Made by a program: the position numbers and the translations under genes. This document shows, piece after piece, positions 19,968 to 30,183 of a DNA stretch of 64,000 bases (position 1 is the stretch's first letter; each line of letters begins with the position of its first letter). Below the pieces are notes generated by a model. It had not been told where the DNA came from and did not search any database. It saw only the letters and a program-made list of their open reading frames with translations. The stretch is from Spirochaetales bacterium. Lineage in GTDB: Bacteria; Spirochaetota; Spirochaetia; Sphaerochaetales; Sphaerochaetaceae. Location of the stretch: contig JAFVDZ010000045.1 of NCBI GenBank assembly GCA_017478205.1, positions 1,080 to 65,079 on the forward strand, written 5' to 3'.

Positions 19968-20220
19968 TCAGCATCCTTAATAATACTAATTAACTTTGCT
20001 GATAATATACAACACAAAATCTTCATTGACAAGTGCTTCGGCAACCAGGGGAAACAGGTCGAGAAAAAGATAACAATATTCATCAAAAACCGTCAGATTC
20101 CATGCCTCCCCGTGGCTAACAAGTAGAGGGTCAGTCAACCGGCTCTCTGTGGAGTCCTGAAAAGTGGGAAGCTTGGGGGTGTTTTTTCAATTACTGGAAG
20201 GATTTTTTTGTAGTGGGCTA

Positions 20221-22470
20221 TTACAGACTTGTTTTCTTATGAACTTCTATCCATTCAGGATCAGTCTTCTTCTTTCCTCTTTTAGGTGATGAGTTTGAAA
20301 GTGTTACAAGAAGGATGGAGTGACGCCAGAAAACACTCTTGCCAGCAAGCTCCTTAAGAAGGATTGCTCTATACTTATCTACTTCTGCTTTAGAAAGAGT
20401 GAGATGCTTCAAATAGCTCTTATCCCACCAATTTCTTAAAGTTTCCTCATCAAGCAATCTCTCTTCCTTCTGGCTGAGCTCTTGTTCTTCCACATGAAGA
20501 AAGGCGTTAGAGAAGAATGAAATCATGTCGAACTTGTTCCAATTGGTCATTGGGTTTTCGCTATCGTGGTAAACTTTCTCTTCAGCTTTTTCAAGCAGGG
20601 CCTTAAGATTTTCATCCTTGATAAATTCAGATAATGTGCTTCCTTCTGAAGGCATACCCTCAGAAAGATTTATCTGTCCATCATCTGAAAGATGCTCTTT
20701 CAGAGTGTGGAGCAACTCTTCCTCTTCATATAGTCGTGTAAAGAGATTGCGGGCAAAGACGAACTCGAATTTGAGGTCGCTGTCCATTTTCTTTAACACA
20801 TCGAGTGCCTTTCCAACTTTGATTTCTGGTCTTGAAAGCTCTTCTAGCTGCTTTGAATAGTGATCGATATATTCAAATTCGCTCTGGTTCTTTACCTGGG
20901 CAAATGTAAGACCTTCAGGATTGTGCTTCAATGCTTCCCAGACAAGAAGTCCATGGGATGCATTGAGAACAAGGATATTGTCGCTTCTCCTGATATTTGC
21001 CTTTCCAAACAACCTATCACGAATATCGAGAAGGAGATTGGAGCCCATGGATGAAGTTCTCTGAATCCACTTGTCCTTCACCTTATCCTTGGGTGTGAAT
21101 GTGAGGTTCTCGACAAAGGCATCCTCGCTTGCACTTTCTATCTGTGCCTCTCTCTTTCTTTCAACTTCATCCTTGATCTTGGCTTCATATCCCTGGTCTG
21201 AAGGACGGTAATAGACCTTTCCCTGTAGACCATTTGGAAGATATTGCTGATTTACCCAGTGGTCCTTATATGCGTGAGGGTACAGATATCCTTCACCGTG
21301 TCCAAAGGCTTCGCTATCACGGCTTGCATCCTTAAGATGGTTGGGAACCTCCGATGCCTTTTCCTTTTCGACATCTGAAAGGGCATCGAAGAAGGCAAGT
21401 GCACTATTACTCTTCTTTGCAGTTGCAAGGTATAAAGCAGAGTGGGTGAGGTGGAAACGTCCTTCAGGAAGGCCAATTCTATCAAATGCAGCAGCATCTG
21501 CCTCGACTACAGAGACAGCCATCGGATCTGCAAGACCGACATCCTCAGCTGCACTGATAAGCATCCTGCGGAAAATGAATCGAGGATCTTCTCCTGCTGC
21601 GATCATTCTGGCCATCCAATAGAGGGCAGCATCTGGGTCGGAGCCACGAAGGGATTTGATGAATGCCGAAATGACATCGAAGTGGTAATCACCTTCCTTG
21701 TCATAGAGGACGACCTTTCTCTGGATCGATTCCTCACAGGCTTCCTTCGAGATGAATATCTTCTCTCCCTTTTCAGGGGGGAAGGTGCTTGGTGTGGTCT
21801 CAACAGCAAGTTGGAGAGCATTCAGAAGACTTCTTGCATCTCCAGATGCAACATCTACAAGGTGTTCGAGGGCACCTTCTTCGAATTCGATATCAAAGTT
21901 TCCATAACCCCTTTCCTTGTCCTTGAGAGCCTGAGAAGCAACCTTCATCAGATCTTCAGATGTCAGTTTTGTCAGCTGGAAAACTCTAGAACGGGAAACA
22001 AGGGCTGCATTCACTTCAAAATAAGGGTTTTCAGTTGTAGCCCCGATCAATATGAAGGTTCCATTCTCGACCCAGGGAAGAAGTGCATCCTGCTGGCTCT
22101 TGTTCCAGCGATGTACCTCATCGACAAAGAGGATGGTCCTGTTTCCATAATGGTCCATCCTGCTTTTTGCAGCATCTATCTCATATCGCAATTCCTTGAC
22201 ACCTGATAGAACTGCATTGAGTGTGGAAAAGTGACTTTTTGTTGTGTTTGCAATGACACGTGCAAGTGTTGTCTTACCAGTTCCAGGTGGGCCATAGAAA
22301 ATGACGGAGGAAAGAAGGTCTGCCTGTATTGCTCTCCTTAATAGTCTTCCCTTACCGATGATGTGTTCTTGCCCGATATATTCATCTAGAGTGCGAGGTC
22401 TCATGCGGTAGGCAAGTGGCTGGTTTTCGTTGTTTTCATTTGCACTGAAAAATAGATCGTCTCTGTCCAT
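20221..22470 (-). CDS. rarA: Replication-associated recombination protein RarA/MgsA with C-terminal methyltransferase-like extension
   Basis: [46 protein letters not shown] and EDVGLADP, plus about 290 extra C-terminal residues. Confidence 0.92.
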   Translation of the reverse strand: MDRDDLFFSANENNENQPLAYRMRPRTLDEYIGQEHIIGKGRLLRRAIQADLLSSVIFYGPPGTGKTTLARVIANTTKSHFSTLNAVLSGVKELRYEIDAAKSRMDHYGNRTILFVDEVHRWNKSQQDALLPWVENGTFILIGATTENPYFEVNAALVSRSRVFQLTKLTSEDLMKVASQALKDKERGYGNFDIEFEEGALEHLVDVASGDARSLLNALQLAVETTPSTFPPEKGEKIFISKEACEESIQRKVVLYDKEGDYHFDVISAFIKSLRGSDPDAALYWMARMIAAGEDPRFIFRRMLISAAEDVGLADPMAVSVVEADAAAFDRIGLPEGRFHLTHSALYLATAKKSNSALAFFDALSDVEKEKASEVPNHLKDASRDSEAFGHGEGYLYPHAYKDHWVNQQYLPNGLQGKVYYRPSDQGYEAKIKDEVERKREAQIESASEDAFVENLTFTPKDKVKDKWIQRTSSMGSNLLLDIRDRLFGKANIRRSDNILVLNASHGLLVWEALKHNPEGLTFAQVKNQSEFEYIDHYSKQLEELSRPEIKVGKALDVLKKMDSDLKFEFVFARNLFTRLYEEEELLHTLKEHLSDDGQINLSEGMPSEGSTLSEFIKDENLKALLEKAEEKVYHDSENPMTNWNKFDMISFFSNAFLHVEEQELSQKEERLLDEETLRNWWDKSYLKHLTLSKAEVDKYRAILLKELAGKSVFWRHSILLVTLSNSSPKRGKKKTDPEWIEVHKKTSL

Positions 22471-22471
22471 G

Positions 22472-23131
22472 TCACTTAACCTTTCTATATCTTGTACTTA
22501 CTTCATTGTCACCAAGCAGTGTGAAGTACTCATCACGTGCCCAGTGGGATAGCTCTGAAACTGTTGGTTCTACTATCTCATCTACAATCTTCGTAATCCC
22601 AACAAGAGAAAGATTTTCCAGATTTGCTTTCCAGTTGTCAGCAACTATCTTCATTTCTGCGTATATGCTATCAAGTTCTGCCTTATGCTCTTCTATGGTT
22701 CTTGATATGATCAGAAGCGTTCTCTCTCTACTTTCACCTATGAGTATAGCAGAGATGCTCACATAGCCTGAGCTGATATACTCATCTGGGTTGGTAAAGT
22801 CTACATTCTCAAGTTCATCTAGAAGGAGTACAGAGATTTCAGGGATGCAAGATGATAAGATTTCTGATAGCTTGGCTCTGTAATCATCTTCAAGACTTCT
22901 GAATTCAGCTAACTTTTCTTCATATGGCCTGAATGTGCTGTTGAAGTTGTAATTGGCCTTTTCGGAAAAGGCCAGTCTGTCAGTCAGGAAGATTGCATCC
23001 TCGACACTTGTTATAAGCAATTCTCTCTGCTTTTCTTCCTTCATCAGATCGCGCTCAGAATTCTTTTTTACTGACTGGCAGCCAGCAAGAAGGATAATAA
23101 TCAACAAAAGATAGAGAAAACGCCATTTCAT
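22472..23131 (-). CDS. Putative lipoprotein (weak DUF4197-like)
   Basis: MKWRFLYLLLIIILLAGC lipobox. Confidence 0.65.
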   Translation of the reverse strand: MKWRFLYLLLIIILLAGCQSVKKNSERDLMKEEKQRELLITSVEDAIFLTDRLAFSEKANYNFNSTFRPYEEKLAEFRSLEDDYRAKLSEILSSCIPEISVLLLDELENVDFTNPDEYISSGYVSISAILIGESRERTLLIISRTIEEHKAELDSIYAEMKIVADNWKANLENLSLVGITKIVDEIVEPTVSELSHWARDEYFTLLGDNEVSTRYRKVK

Positions 23132-23184
23132 GCTTTGAAGTATAGCATTAGCGACATAATTCAGAAATATTGAGTTGTGTACTT

Positions 23185-23676
23185 TCAATGTGATTTTTTA
23201 TCAAGGAATGTCAGCAGGAACTCTTCAGCAAGAGAGCCATGGGCTATATTCCTTCTTGCTTCCTCGAATGTAAACCAGGTAGCTAGATCGACTTCCTTTG
23301 TTATCCCTGATAGGTCCTCTGTGTCTGCTACACAGTAGAAATTGTTCATCAAAGTGTTGCTCTTTTCAAAGAACTTGGATTTGTTGAAGGTTATTTCACT
23401 TGCATCAAGACCAATTTCTTCCTTCAATTCTCTTGCGACAGCATCCTCAGCTGCTTCTCCTCTGTTGATGTATCCTGCAACCAGAATATATCTGTCGCGA
23501 CCATATTGCTTTATCAAGAGGATCTTATCCTTTTTGGGGCTGAGAACGACCATGGAGACAGCACTGTTGAAAATAGGGAACCTGAATTCATTGCAATTTG
23601 GGCAGTAGGGTATTTCACCTTCGTTTTCAAGATACTTTGTTACTAGCTTAGTTCCGCATTCGACACAATATTTCAT
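23185..23676 (-). CDS. NUDIX hydrolase with N-terminal zinc ribbon (NudC-like)
   Basis: CVECG...CPNC ribbon; GYINRGEAAEDAVARELKEEIG Nudix box. Confidence 0.9.
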   Translation of the reverse strand: MKYCVECGTKLVTKYLENEGEIPYCPNCNEFRFPIFNSAVSMVVLSPKKDKILLIKQYGRDRYILVAGYINRGEAAEDAVARELKEEIGLDASEITFNKSKFFEKSNTLMNNFYCVADTEDLSGITKEVDLATWFTFEEARRNIAHGSLAEEFLLTFLDKKSH

Positions 23677-23782
23677 AGGGGATGGGGCTCCTTCATAAAA
23701 ATAACACCTTGAAAAATGGTCAAAGTGTCCAATATTGAGTATATTAAATAGTATAACTTCGAAATAGAAAAGGAGAGTTTAA

Positions 23783-24490
23783 ATGAACGATTCCAGAAGT
23801 AATATACTATCCAATGTAAGTGCACGTGAAAATGGACTTCTAAAAAGTGTCTATTCATTTATGTCCCTTGGCCTTTTTGTAACAGCAATCGTAAGCTATC
23901 TTGCATCTAGAAGCCCGGCTGTGATGAATATTTTCCTGAGAAACCCAATGGGAACACTTGTTCTGGTCTTTGCCCAGTTCGGTCTTGTGTTCTACCTCTC
24001 AGCTAGGATAGAGACAATGAGTAGAGAGAATGCAATTATTGCATTCTTCGCATATTCTGTTCTAACTGGCCTCAGCCTCTCAGTTATCTTCCTTGTCTAC
24101 ACTGCAAGTGTGATCTATCAGGCATTCCTTTCCTGTGCTTTGATGTTTGGTGTTACCAGCATATTTGCTGCAACAACAAAGAAGAATATCGCATCTTGGG
24201 GCAACTACCTCACAATGGCACTCTTTGGACTTATCATCGCATCCATTCTCAACATGTTCTTCAGAAGCAATGGTATGACAATGATGATTTCCCTGCTCGG
24301 CGTAATAATCTTCGTTGGCCTCACAGCTTGGGATACACAGAAGATTGTCCAGATGAACAGACGCTATGGTGATGTTATGAGCGTAGATGAGTATACAAAG
24401 CTCGGTATCCTTGGTGCTCTAGAGCTCTATCTCGACTTCATCAACATCTTCCTCTATCTCTTGAGAATCTTTGGTAACAGACGTGATTGA
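23783..24490 (+). CDS. Bax inhibitor-1/YccA family membrane protein
   Basis: Seven hydrophobic segments; GLTAWDTQKI and ALELYLDFINIFLYLLRIFG. Confidence 0.93.
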   Translation: MNDSRSNILSNVSARENGLLKSVYSFMSLGLFVTAIVSYLASRSPAVMNIFLRNPMGTLVLVFAQFGLVFYLSARIETMSRENAIIAFFAYSVLTGLSLSVIFLVYTASVIYQAFLSCALMFGVTSIFAATTKKNIASWGNYLTMALFGLIIASILNMFFRSNGMTMMISLLGVIIFVGLTAWDTQKIVQMNRRYGDVMSVDEYTKLGILGALELYLDFINIFLYLLRIFGNRRD

Positions 24491-25145
24491 AATAGTTTCC
24501 CAAACCGATGATTATCTTGTAGTCTTCAAGCCATCCGGTCTTCCTACGGCCCCTCTCAAGAATCAGGAGGGGGATAGCCTTGTAAAAGAGGTTTCTGAGT
24601 TCTTTCCTCAAATTATGAGTGTCCATGGAAGACAGGAGTGGGAAGGCGGTCTTCTTCATCGCCTTGACACTCCAACTTCAGGTCTTGTCCTGATCGCTTT
24701 GAAGCAGGAGTTCTACAATAGCATATTAAAGCAGCAGGATAGGGGAGACTTCCAGAAGCTCTACAGAGCAACGATATCAAAGAGAGCAGAAAAACTAGAG
24801 GGTTTCCCTCTCTTTGAATTCCCTCGTCGTCTAGATGGTGTTGTAATTGAAAGTGCCTTCAGAACCTATGGGCCAAAAGGTGCCCAGATAAGGCCTGTTA
24901 CAGGGCCTAAAGCAAAGGGGCTCTTGAGATATGAAACCTATGTGGAAAGAGAGAGTGCAGACACATATCTTTGCACATTGAAAAAGGGTTTCAGACACCA
25001 GATCAGAGTTCATATGGCCTGGAGTGGCAGACCACTCTTGGGCGATACAATCTACGGTGGTGAAAAGTCAGATACATTCGGCCTAGAGGCCATAGCTATG
25101 ACATTCTATGGCCTTAATGGAAAGAGAGTGGAAGTTTCTATCTGA
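24483..25145 (+). CDS. RluA-family RNA pseudouridine synthase
   Basis: KPSGL, HRLDTPTSGL catalytic Asp, GFRHQIRVH, LLGDTIYG. Start at GTG 24483, or TTG 24471. Confidence 0.9.
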   Translation: MIEIVSQTDDYLVVFKPSGLPTAPLKNQEGDSLVKEVSEFFPQIMSVHGRQEWEGGLLHRLDTPTSGLVLIALKQEFYNSILKQQDRGDFQKLYRATISKRAEKLEGFPLFEFPRRLDGVVIESAFRTYGPKGAQIRPVTGPKAKGLLRYETYVERESADTYLCTLKKGFRHQIRVHMAWSGRPLLGDTIYGGEKSDTFGLEAIAMTFYGLNGKRVEVSI

Positions 25146-25149
25146 TTTA

Positions 25150-25350
25150 TCACTCCTTGAATGGTTCTACAGAGCCATCTTCCTTGACAGCCTCGACCTT
25201 GCGTCTTACCTCTTCCAGGGTCTTCGAAAGCTTCTTCGAGAGGCTACTTGCCTCCTCGTAGAGCTTGAGGCTTTCTTCAAGTCCAGTCTTATCGTCCTTC
25301 AGGACTTCAGTAATCTCTTCAAGTCTCTTGAGATCTGTTTCAAAGCTCAT
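25150..25350 (-). CDS. xseB: Exodeoxyribonuclease VII small subunit
   Basis: SFETDLKRLEEI...LEESLKLYEE; adjacent to xseA. Confidence 0.93.
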   Translation of the reverse strand: MSFETDLKRLEEITEVLKDDKTGLEESLKLYEEASSLSKKLSKTLEEVRRKVEAVKEDGSVEPFKE

Positions 25351-26744
25351 TTCTTTTCTCCTTTATAGCTTACCTTGATATTTCCATTCTTCATAAGGAT
25401 TGTAAGTTCATCATCGACCTTTAATCCCTTCTTGCCTGTAACAACATGACCCTTGTCATCCTTTACTATTGCATAACCCCTTGAAAGCACATTCATTGGA
25501 GAGAGGGATTCCAGATTCGATATACACTTTTCAAGTCTCATTGAAATGTTTCCAAGTTTCATATCAAATCCCTGTGAAACATCCTTTTTGGCCCTTGCTA
25601 TCATTTCTGGGTATCTTTCAAGTTTTGTTTTTCCTTCTCTCTCTATTTGATCCGATAGATAGTTGAAGCTATCTTTTGCTCTATTGTATTTCACTTTAAG
25701 AAGTGAAAGAGGTGTATCTGATGCATAGACGAATCTGAGTTCAAGAGAAAAAAGCTTTTGAGAAAGCATTCTGAAAAGATCACTTTGGCTCACAAGGGAA
25801 ATTCTTTCACTCTTTCTCATCATGATGGCAGAGAGATATTCCATATCGACAAAGTGGCTCTGAGCTTGATGAAGCTTTGCTATTATTGCAGAACGCAATG
25901 TGTTTTCCACATTCTTGATCTCTTCACGGCGCTTGAATATTCCTTCTGTTGCAATTACTGCTGCATCAGTTGGAGTAATTGCTCTTCTATCTGCAACATG
26001 ATCTGAAAGCGCCCAGTCAATTTCATGGCCTACTGCAGAGATAACTGGAATTTCACTTCTGTAGATTGCTTCGATTACTTCCGGTTCAGAGAAAGGAAGT
26101 AGGTCCTCCTGGCTTCCTCCTCCACGGCCAACAATGAGGACATCACAGAAGGGAACTTCGTTTGCCTGATCTATCCTTGCTGCAATCATCTCTGCGGCAG
26201 TTTCACCCTGAACTAGAGTAGGGTAAAGCAGGATATCAACCCCTGGGGCTCTTGTTAGTGTTGTGTCTAGAATATCGTGTATAGCAGCTCCCGTGCTTGC
26301 TGTAACAACGCCAATAGTTTTTACAATTTCAGGAATCGGCTTCTTCTTTTCCATGTCGAAGTAGCCTAGGCTTTCATAGTAGGCTTTTCGCTTTTCAAGC
26401 TGTGCCTTGAGATCTCCTTCTCCTGCCTTCATCATCACAGAGACAACAAGTTGATATGTTCCTCTTGGAACGTAGACATCGATGTTGCCGATGGCAACAA
26501 CCTTGTCTCCTTCCTTTGGGACTCCTCCCAATCGTGCATTGAAGGAGCGGAACATTACACATGACAGCTGGCTCTGGCTATCTTTCAGCGTGAAGTACCA
26601 ATGTCCGTTTGCACTCGGCTTGAAAGACGATATCTCTCCCTCCACAGATAGATTGAAGAACTGTGTCTTGAAGGTTTCCTTTATGATTTCATTCACTTCA
26701 TGCACCATCAATGGGTGATCAAGCAGAGCATTCTCATTGGCCAT
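25347..26744 (-). CDS. xseA: Exodeoxyribonuclease VII large subunit
   Basis: VEGEISS, GHWYFTLKD, GRGGGS, SAVGHEID, TPTDAA and LSRGYAIV. Confidence 0.97.
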   Translation of the reverse strand: MANENALLDHPLMVHEVNEIIKETFKTQFFNLSVEGEISSFKPSANGHWYFTLKDSQSQLSCVMFRSFNARLGGVPKEGDKVVAIGNIDVYVPRGTYQLVVSVMMKAGEGDLKAQLEKRKAYYESLGYFDMEKKKPIPEIVKTIGVVTASTGAAIHDILDTTLTRAPGVDILLYPTLVQGETAAEMIAARIDQANEVPFCDVLIVGRGGGSQEDLLPFSEPEVIEAIYRSEIPVISAVGHEIDWALSDHVADRRAITPTDAAVIATEGIFKRREEIKNVENTLRSAIIAKLHQAQSHFVDMEYLSAIMMRKSERISLVSQSDLFRMLSQKLFSLELRFVYASDTPLSLLKVKYNRAKDSFNYLSDQIEREGKTKLERYPEMIARAKKDVSQGFDMKLGNISMRLEKCISNLESLSPMNVLSRGYAIVKDDKGHVVTGKKGLKVDDELTILMKNGNIKVSYKGEKK

Positions 26745-27028
26745 AGCTTGATTATATCAAATTTAGGCCAAGTGAAAGAAGATGGATTGAGGGAACAATC
26801 GATTCAACTAGCAGTTGATTTTTTTATCTTTGGACGTCGTGCAAAAAAAGGAAAAAGGAAGAAATTGAAAGAACAAGAGATAGAGAAGTGAATCAAAATC
26901 CTCTGAAAAATCAGGGGATTTTTTAATGCTTATATGTTAAGGAAATATAGAATGTGAGAAAGCGTCTAGATAAGGAAGAATGTAAGAGTGAAAATCCTTT
27001 ATTTATATAAAAGAGATAGGATTAAGGA

Positions 27029-27077
27029 TTGACAAGAGGTTGAGTCTATTGCCACTATACAGTTAGAGATTGCTAAC
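27029..27077 (+). promoter_or_regulatory. Promoter (TTGACA-18-CACTAT) with a perfect GTTAG-N6-CTAAC box over the predicted start site
   Basis: GTTAGAGATTGCTAAC at 27062-27077, 20 nt before the Tp47-like start codon. Confidence 0.7.
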
Positions 27078-27096
27078 ATTATATAAGGAATACAAC

Positions 27097-28833
27097 ATGA
27101 AAATAAATCTCCGCAATACTACATTTTTATTCGTTGCACTGATTATTCTGTGCTTGGTTGGTTGCTCAAAAACTGGTAGCACTGGAAACACTACTACATC
27201 AGTTGCTCCTGAGTCTCTTGTCATAAAGGCAACGGTTGTTGAACCTGAATATCTTTATGGCTATGCGCCAATGACATTTGCAGAATTCTGGTATGGTGAA
27301 ATCAACAAGGTGGAAAAGGTCGACACTTTCAATTCCTCAAATCCTGACTTGACAGCCATGTCTGAAGAGTATCTCCATTTTGGCTATAGCAGTGCAGATG
27401 ATATGGACCGCTATGCAGGCGTTCAGAAGAACACCTGGGATAATGATAGTGGAATGTATGACGCTATCTCCCGTGCAACTTTTGGCTATGGACTCTTCCG
27501 TGCCGGATTTGCTCACATTGTCAAAGTTACTATGGACAATGGGGATGAAAAGATCATGAGCCACGAAATTGTGGAAGATATGACTTCTCCTACTGGTTAC
27601 CGCATCGATCTCAACACTGAGAACGTAGAAGGTATTGTCCTCACAGACAATACTCGTCTTGATACAAAAAAGACCATGGGCTATACACCTGATACAAATA
27701 CTACCTATGCAAATAGCGTTGCAAACGGAGGTGGTGGATATAGGATTGTTGGTCTCAAGAGGGTTCCTGTAAAAGTAAAGAGTTCTACTGTTGGTAAGGC
27801 TCTGGAGATGCAGAAGTCCGGAATGGTCAATGACCAGGTAAAGGCATTCCTTGACCAGTATGAGAAGATTTCATTCGAAGATGAAGCAAAGGCATATGCA
27901 TACAAGGAGCTTTATGCGAATGGAATCTATGGTGAAAGAGAGATCAACGAAAATGCATCTGTGAAGGATCCTGGCATGGTCGCTCTTGGTGATGGCAAAA
28001 ATGGAACAAAGGCTATCGCACATGGAGATGGATATGCAGATCTCACAATGTTTGTCTACTATGATAATTACGAAGGATACACTCGTGGTTCTGTAGGCTC
28101 TCTTGATGAAGCAACACTCGACACTCTCTATTCTGGAACAGATAAGCCAACTTATGCTGAAAACAAGGAAAATGCAGATAAGCTTGCTGCCTTCATGGAT
28201 TATGCATTGCATTTCCAGGGCGCAAAGCTCCAGTGGGCAGGAGAGGACAATGTTTTCGATACTGCAGATGATGTAGTTGTTGGCCAGATGCTTCACAAGG
28301 ATGCATACTACTCCTTCAACCATGGAAACTATATCGAAGTCTCGATTACTAATGATTTTGAACGTTTTGGCAAGCTTGGAAATGGATTCTATCGCATTAC
28401 CATGATTGCAGATGGCTACAAGGATGTCATGCTCGAGACAGGTAGCCTTCTCCTTGATTACCACACACCAACTATCGTCGATGAAGATGTTCCTGCTGTA
28501 GGATTTTCAAAACTCCTAAGCCTCCAGCTCGATATAGAAGGTGTAAAGGTCTCACTTGATGAGAATGTACAGAATGCATATATGGAAGGATTGGAAAATC
28601 CTGATAACTACAGCCTTTACTTCATGAAAGGATCTGGAAGAAGAGCTAAGGCTACAACAGTATGCGACAAGGCACATCTTGTTTTGATCGATGACAATAT
28701 CTTTACAATTACTTTCAATGTAAGGGGTATTGAGGAACTTACTGAAGATATCCATTACTTTGTCAAGATTGATACTGGTGTAGAAGGAATTGCTCCTTCT
28801 AACGTAGAATTCCACTATGCACCAAAGGATTGA
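27097..28833 (+). CDS. Tp47-like lipoprotein (homologue of the Treponema pallidum 47-kDa lipoprotein)
   Basis: Lipobox LVGC. Collinear motifs match my recollection of Tp47: YGYAPMTFAEFWYGE, GMYDAISRATFGYGLFR, GLKRVPVKV, FMDYALHF, FERFGKLGNGFYRITMIADGYKDV. Confidence 0.8.
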   Translation: MKINLRNTTFLFVALIILCLVGCSKTGSTGNTTTSVAPESLVIKATVVEPEYLYGYAPMTFAEFWYGEINKVEKVDTFNSSNPDLTAMSEEYLHFGYSSADDMDRYAGVQKNTWDNDSGMYDAISRATFGYGLFRAGFAHIVKVTMDNGDEKIMSHEIVEDMTSPTGYRIDLNTENVEGIVLTDNTRLDTKKTMGYTPDTNTTYANSVANGGGGYRIVGLKRVPVKVKSSTVGKALEMQKSGMVNDQVKAFLDQYEKISFEDEAKAYAYKELYANGIYGEREINENASVKDPGMVALGDGKNGTKAIAHGDGYADLTMFVYYDNYEGYTRGSVGSLDEATLDTLYSGTDKPTYAENKENADKLAAFMDYALHFQGAKLQWAGEDNVFDTADDVVVGQMLHKDAYYSFNHGNYIEVSITNDFERFGKLGNGFYRITMIADGYKDVMLETGSLLLDYHTPTIVDEDVPAVGFSKLLSLQLDIEGVKVSLDENVQNAYMEGLENPDNYSLYFMKGSGRRAKATTVCDKAHLVLIDDNIFTITFNVRGIEELTEDIHYFVKIDTGVEGIAPSNVEFHYAPKD

Positions 28834-29296
28834 AAGTAAGGGCAATATCCCAATTCTTTACAGATGGGCTATTACAATTTCAGTCATTCTATTTCTTGTA
28901 ATCTATCAGCTGGGGATAAGAACATCCCCAGCTGAAGCTTCAATATCACCAATTGAAGTAACTAAAACTGAAAAAGCAATGAAAATGGACGAAACAGAGG
29001 AGATTGTAGAAGCTATCACATCTGGCCCATATCAAGATGGTGAGTATGTAGGATCTTCAGATGGCTACGGTGGGCCTGTTGTAATCAAGTTGTCAATTGA
29101 AAATGGTTGGATTAAAGATATCACTATCGATGAAGCATATGGAGAGGGTGTTGCTTATCTTAGGGATGCAAGAAAACTGCTTCCTCGAGTAATCGAAAAA
29201 CAGAATACAGATATCGATGCTGTAAGCGGTGCAACTGTAACAAGTTATGCGATTCTGGATGCAATAGATGCAGCGCTTTTTGAAGGTAATAGATGA
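28817..29296 (+). CDS. Membrane-anchored FMN-binding domain protein (ApbE substrate)
   Basis: N-terminal TM, YQDGEYVGSSDGYGG, DAVSGAT flavinylation motif (29216-29236). Confidence 0.92.
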   Translation: MHQRIESKGNIPILYRWAITISVILFLVIYQLGIRTSPAEASISPIEVTKTEKAMKMDETEEIVEAITSGPYQDGEYVGSSDGYGGPVVIKLSIENGWIKDITIDEAYGEGVAYLRDARKLLPRVIEKQNTDIDAVSGATVTSYAILDAIDAALFEGNR

Positions 29297-30165
29297 AAAG
29301 GAATATCCTTAAAATGATAGGGCAGTGCGTTCGTCCACTGAGTCAGATTATATTCTTCATTCTCTCGCCAGGTTTGTTCTCTTCTGCTTTCAGCGCTGTA
29401 AAGACAGTTGCTTCCCAGATTGCCAAAAGACAGCCACTTGAGATGAGTACAGCAATTCTTACGCTGTTGTTTCTGCTTGCATTTACATTTGTTTTTGGCC
29501 GATTCTTTTGCGGTATGGTCTGTAGCTTTGGTGCTCTTGGTGACCTTGTATTCTCTCTCGGTGAAGCAGTAAGAAAAAAGTTCAAGATAGGGAGAATCAA
29601 GTTGTCAAAAAGAGGCGAGTACATACTTTCATATCTGAAATATATCATTCTGCTGTCGATAATTATAATCAGCTACTTACAGATGCAGAGACAACTTCAT
29701 GGCAAGAGTCCTTGGGATGCTTTTGCCACATTGATAAGTGGTTCACCTAGATTCAGAGGATATGAAGTTGGATTTGTCATCTTGTTTTTTCTAATTATTG
29801 GGATGGGGTTAATTCCTCGCTTCTTCTGCCGATTCTTCTGTCCTCTTGGAGCTATATTTGCCATCTTGCCACCACCTCTAATTCCTCTAAAGAAGCCTGC
29901 TAAGGCATCCTTGATTCATAGAGCATGTGGTGGTTGTCAGATTTGTACAAAGGCCTGTCCTGCAGGTCTTGATCTAAATAAAATGGAGAGCCCAATGGAT
30001 GTAGTCAGGAGTGGAGAGTGTTTTCGCTGTATGAAGTGTGCTGAAGTCTGTCCTCAGAAGAAACCAGCCCTACATCTACTTTCTTTGAGACTTCCTCTAA
30101 TTCCCGCTATCGTTTTGATACTTCTTCTTTTCATTATCTTGCTAAAAGTCTTTGGCCTAATTTGA
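29293..30165 (+). CDS. Membrane 4Fe-4S-binding polyferredoxin (NapH/MauN/NosR-type Fer4_5)
   Basis: GRFFCGMVCSFG and FCRFFCPLG CxxxCP motifs, two CxxCxxCxxxCP motifs, several TMs. Confidence 0.9.
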   Translation: MKRNILKMIGQCVRPLSQIIFFILSPGLFSSAFSAVKTVASQIAKRQPLEMSTAILTLLFLLAFTFVFGRFFCGMVCSFGALGDLVFSLGEAVRKKFKIGRIKLSKRGEYILSYLKYIILLSIIIISYLQMQRQLHGKSPWDAFATLISGSPRFRGYEVGFVILFFLIIGMGLIPRFFCRFFCPLGAIFAILPPPLIPLKKPAKASLIHRACGGCQICTKACPAGLDLNKMESPMDVVRSGECFRCMKCAEVCPQKKPALHLLSLRLPLIPAIVLILLLFIILLKVFGLI

Positions 30166-30183
30166 TTACAGGGGACCACCTTC

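Larger units (their letters stand above)
19302..20205. mobile_element. Decayed tRNA-Gly-adjacent islet bounded by 17-bp direct repeats
   Basis: AATTACTGGAAGGATTT at 19302-19318 and 20189-20205 flanks the antitoxin and toxin stub. No integrase is present. Confidence 0.6.

Noticed and set aside
19323-20126. 267-aa plus-strand ORF
   Set aside because: Antisense shadow of the antitoxin gene with no recognisable motifs.
20095-20190. Sequence reminiscent of IS200/IS605 or IscB ends (CTCCCCGTGGCTAA; GTCAAC...GCTTG)
   Set aside because: The subterminal hairpin is incomplete and no tnpA, tnpB or iscB is present; resemblance is too weak without a search.
26700-26891. 63-aa plus-strand ORF
   Set aside because: Overlaps the xseA start and promoter, low complexity, no RBS.
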